Shown here piece after piece: positions 8,235 through 10,508 of a stretch of DNA of 10,508 nucleotides. Location of the stretch: contig JBCDEZ010000043.1 in the NCBI GenBank assembly GCA_039179045.1, positions 1 to 10,508 on the forward strand, in the 5' to 3' direction. The notes under the pieces are model-generated. The model was not told the origin of the DNA. It saw nothing but the letters and a program-made list of their open reading frames with translations, and did not search any database. The stretch is from Chlamydiota bacterium. Lineage in GTDB: Bacteria > Chlamydiota > Chlamydiia > Chlamydiales > SM23-39. The first letter of the stretch is position 1. Each line of letters begins with the position of its first letter. The position numbers and the translations under genes were made by a program.

Positions 8235-8924
8235 ATGGAAATTGGACTAGTAGATACCGAGGAAGAGAATGCAAATCCATTCATCACTGTAACGGTGCGC
8301 AGGAAGGATAGTCCTTACTACCAAAAATATGCTTGCTACGATCGTGAAAACAAGACCCTCTACCGCTTTGTTCCACCGTCTGAGCTCCGTTCCATTGCGT
8401 TCAAGCTGCTAGCGTCCTTGCTTGTTGTGCAGGTCTTTCGTTACTTCTTAGCTGCAATCCGGCTCATCTGCCTGCTCATGGTCGACTTTTGGAGTATTTT
8501 TCAAGGCTATTTTGCTCTCATGTGTGGTGATGAAAAGCGCGCCGCCCTTCTTTTCGAAGGACTTGATAACCTGCTTCCCCACGCTTTTTCTAAAATCATC
8601 GATATCTTGATTCCTATTCCTTGCATCTTACCCCTCTTTTTTGCTGCCCTCTATATTCTGATTTCCCCTCTGGAGGGTAGGCGGGCTTTTGCACAGATAG
8701 AGAGATATATGAATGGAACCCCAAAGAAATACGATGTGCGCCGTCAATGTGGCAAAACGCCTACAATACACAGTTGGACATATACCCAAGAGAGTCTCCT
8801 TAAAATGTGTGGTATGCTTTTCGAAAAAAAGACCGAGCAAAACTTCTATCTTGCCTACTGCATGCAAGAGCTACCCAAAGAAAATTGGAATATCCTTCCT
8901 CTCAATTCAATAAAAAAAGTATAA
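8235..8924 (+). CDS. Hypothetical membrane protein, paralog 1 of a tandem pair
   Basis: 229-aa ORF with two hydrophobic regions. It aligns along its length with 9622..10287 (YDR..LY, RL.CLL..D..SI, PH...KI.DI.I..P.I.PL, SP..G.RAFA.IER.MN, QNFY.AYCMQ.L...NW.I.P). Confidence 0.85.
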   Translation: MEIGLVDTEEENANPFITVTVRRKDSPYYQKYACYDRENKTLYRFVPPSELRSIAFKLLASLLVVQVFRYFLAAIRLICLLMVDFWSIFQGYFALMCGDEKRAALLFEGLDNLLPHAFSKIIDILIPIPCILPLFFAALYILISPLEGRRAFAQIERYMNGTPKKYDVRRQCGKTPTIHSWTYTQESLLKMCGMLFEKKTEQNFYLAYCMQELPKENWNILPLNSIKKV

Positions 8925-9120
8925 TTTTTTCATATTTTTCCTTATACATCTCGAGTGTGCCGCAAAGTGAGCGTAATCTGCGCTTCTTGTAAACTACGGA
9001 TGAGGGAAATGGCAACCTCTTGGTTTCATCTGGAAAACGGTCTTTTAATCGATGAAAAATTTGAAGGAAAAAGAAAACATCATTGAGCTGGAAACTTCAA
9101 TGAAAAATATTTATAACCCA

Positions 9121-9143
9121 GCATTACCTATTTAGGACTACCG
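9121..9143 (+). repeat. 23-bp direct repeat, copy 2; IS1-like right-end remnant
   Basis: GCATTACCTATTTAGGACTACCG. In frame it reads ...Y-N-P-A-L-P-I-TAG then GACTACC. The only difference from copy 1 is TAA vs TAG. Confidence 0.6.
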
Positions 9144-9199
9144 AAAATTGGACCAATCTCACCGTTATGCTCATCACCTCCAAGTTGGAGCGAAGTTTC

Positions 9200-9313
9200 T
9201 ATACTCATTCCATTGGAAGAATTGGGTTAAACGGAAGAATAGAGGTGGGAGCTATTCGTGATCCGTTTTTTCAGTTCGTGGAAAAGCTCTGGATTGGATC
9301 GAGATGAACTCTC
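9200..9313 (-). pseudogene. Degenerate IS630-family 3' end (transposase C-terminus plus right terminus)
   Basis: Ungapped alignment to 10257-10370 gives 73/94 identical nt over the first 94 and 84/114 overall (hand count). The minus strand translates to SRSNPELFHELKKRITNSSHLYSSV*, versus SSPSPEILHQLKKRITNRFQLYSFV* in the transposase at the window end. Similarity stops at a TA (9200-9201), the IS630 target dinucleotide. Confidence 0.85.
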
Positions 9314-9564
9314 TTCGTTTTGCTTGTGGAGAATTTCTTTACGTAACTCTTCATTCAAGATGGACGTTTTTTTGTGGATTTGGAGCTCTAAGGTCAACAA
9401 ATGTGTTCAAAAGCCATCCCACAGAACAGAGACGACCGACTATCTACCCGATCTCTGAATCATTATAAAAATAGTTTAATTTTCTCATTTATAACTAGAT
9501 AGGAAATGCTGGGAAAGTGATTGAATACCGAAATAGACGTATATTCTGTGTTTTTATTTGTTAT

Positions 9565-9593
9565 TTGGAAAATAAGCATAGATATGCTAAAGT
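9565..9593 (+). promoter_or_regulatory. Candidate sigma70/sigma66-type promoter for paralog 2
   Basis: TTGGAA (9565-9570), 17-nt spacer, TAAAGT (9588-9593) with an extended-10 TGn (9585-9587). It lies ~30 nt upstream of ATG 9622. Confidence 0.5.
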
Positions 9594-9621
9594 ACAGGGT
9601 TAGTTTTTTCGTTGTTTGTTT

Positions 9622-10287
9622 ATGTCCCCTTCACCAACTGGTAGTGGTAGGAGCGCCGATTTTACTCTTGTAAAAGTAATCCAGCTTCCTCATGTGTTAG
9701 ACGCCTGGTATGACCGAAGAAATCTTTATCTCTCTGTCTCTTATACGGAGGTCTTTATCAAGGCTTCTGCACTACTCTGTTCTATACCATTTGTGCAAAT
9801 AGCTCGTTGCTTTTTTTCGGTTCTTAGATTGGCATGTTTACTCATCATTGATATAGGAAGTATTGCGTTGGGATTGCTTGGGGGGGTTTTTGCCGATAAA
9901 AATTACTCTCCGCTTTTTTTCCAGGGGGCGCGCAACATCATTCCACATATCTCTTGCAAAATTGTTGATATTTGCATCGCGGTTCCTCTGATTTTCCCTC
10001 TATATCTCTCCGCGTTCTACATGTACTATTCTCCTTTTCATGGTATACGCGCTTTTGCGAAAATAGAGAGATGGATGAACGTAACTTCAAAAGAGCACGA
10101 CTTCCTTAGAAACGAAAGAAACAAAGGGATTATGATGCTATTCGATATTGAGCTGAAGCAAAATTTTTACCATGCCTACTGCATGCAGCCTCTGTGCCGG
10201 AAAAATTGGAAAATCATCCCAAACTCACAGACGAAAAAGCATAATTCGAAGAGTGGTATGCCCAATCCAATTGAAGGATTGGGTTAG
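9622..10287 (+). CDS. Hypothetical membrane protein, paralog 2 of a tandem pair; C-terminus runs into the IS630 end
   Basis: ORF 9616..10287 (TTG); ATG 9622 is preferred. It is homologous to 8235..8924. The last ~9 codons (MPNPIEGLG*) lie within the IS630 terminal sequence. Confidence 0.85.
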   Translation: MSPSPTGSGRSADFTLVKVIQLPHVLDAWYDRRNLYLSVSYTEVFIKASALLCSIPFVQIARCFFSVLRLACLLIIDIGSIALGLLGGVFADKNYSPLFFQGARNIIPHISCKIVDICIAVPLIFPLYLSAFYMYYSPFHGIRAFAKIERWMNVTSKEHDFLRNERNKGIMMLFDIELKQNFYHAYCMQPLCRKNWKIIPNSQTKKHNSKSGMPNPIEGLG

Positions 10288-10508
10288 ACAAAAGAATAGA
10301 GCTGAAATCGATTCGTAATTCGTTTCTTGAGTTGGTGCAAAATCTCTGGACTAGGTGAGGACAAACCCTCCAGAAATCCCATCACCGCATGCTTGAACGC
10401 AGAAAATTTTTCGTAATATTTGTTCCACAACACTTTCTCATTCATAAATTTCCAAAGCCGCTCAATGGGATTTAGATTCGGACTATATGGAGGCAAAAAA
10501 CGGAGTTC
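10257..10508 (-). mobile_element. IS630-family insertion sequence, right end (partial, continues beyond the window)
   Basis: Contains the transposase 3' end. The boundary at TA 10257-10258 is defined by where similarity to the 9200 remnant ends. Confidence 0.8.
10284..10508 (-). CDS. IS630-family (DDE_3) transposase, C-terminal fragment
   Basis: The frame is open to the window edge: ELRFLPPYSPNLNPIERLWKFMNEKV...YYEKFSAFKHAV. LPPYSPxLNPIE carries the third catalytic residue of IS630/Tc1 DDE transposases. The start at 10496 in the ORF track is an internal Leu codon. Confidence 0.93.
   Translation of the reverse strand, partial: ELRFLPPYSPNLNPIERLWKFMNEKVLWNKYYEKFSAFKHAVMGFLEGLSSPSPEILHQLKKRITNRFQLYSFV

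Noticed and set aside
7939..8992. ORFs 7939..8175, 8114..8311, 8628..8867, 8713..8913 and 8807..8992
   Set aside because: They overlap hemL or paralog 1, whose frames are supported by motifs or paralogy.
9000..9135. Tiny ORFs (MREMATSWF...; MKNLKEKENII...YNPALPI) considered as an IS1 transposase remnant or small proteins
   Set aside because: Only the final YNPALPI* resembles an IS1 transposase tail. The rest shows no recognisable similarity and is too short to support.
214..9143. Intact composite transposon or CRISPR-like array built from the 23-bp repeat
   Set aside because: There are only two copies, 8.9 kb apart and in the same orientation. I see no IS1 transposase, matching left end, target duplication or cas gene.
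9258..9458. 66-aa + strand ORF between the paralogs
   Set aside because: It is antisense to the IS630 remnant frame and has the Ser/Phe/Leu-rich composition typical of a shadow ORF.
271..10287. A single novel secretion system made of TamAB, the Inc-like protein and the paralog pair
   Set aside because: The genes are in different transcription units, separated by hemL and IS scars. The hypothetical proteins lack Sec signals or beta-barrel features expected of TAM substrates. Nothing beyond proximity links them.

Overview
AT-rich bacterial window, probably from an environmental Chlamydiae-type host-associated genome. This is inferred from an Inc-like protein and the general gene style, not proven. 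The core holds a tamA-tamB-like operon on the minus strand (Omp85-family barrel plus DUF490/TamB protein, 4-bp TTGA overlap), transcribed divergently from hemL. The flanks look accessory. On the left is an Inc-like membrane protein. On the right are two tandem, diverged paralogous membrane proteins and the 3' end of an IS630 transposase running off the window. Features missing from the ORF track: (1) a 23-bp direct repeat (214-236 and 9121-9143) resembling an IS1-family right end; (2) a second, degenerate IS630 3' end at 9200-9313; (3) a probable 1-nt A-run deletion that makes paralog 2 read through into the IS630 end; (4) a long nested stem-loop region (1252-1468) between convergent genes that may be a structured RNA. 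I found no CRISPR array, rRNA, tRNA or clearly new multi-gene system.
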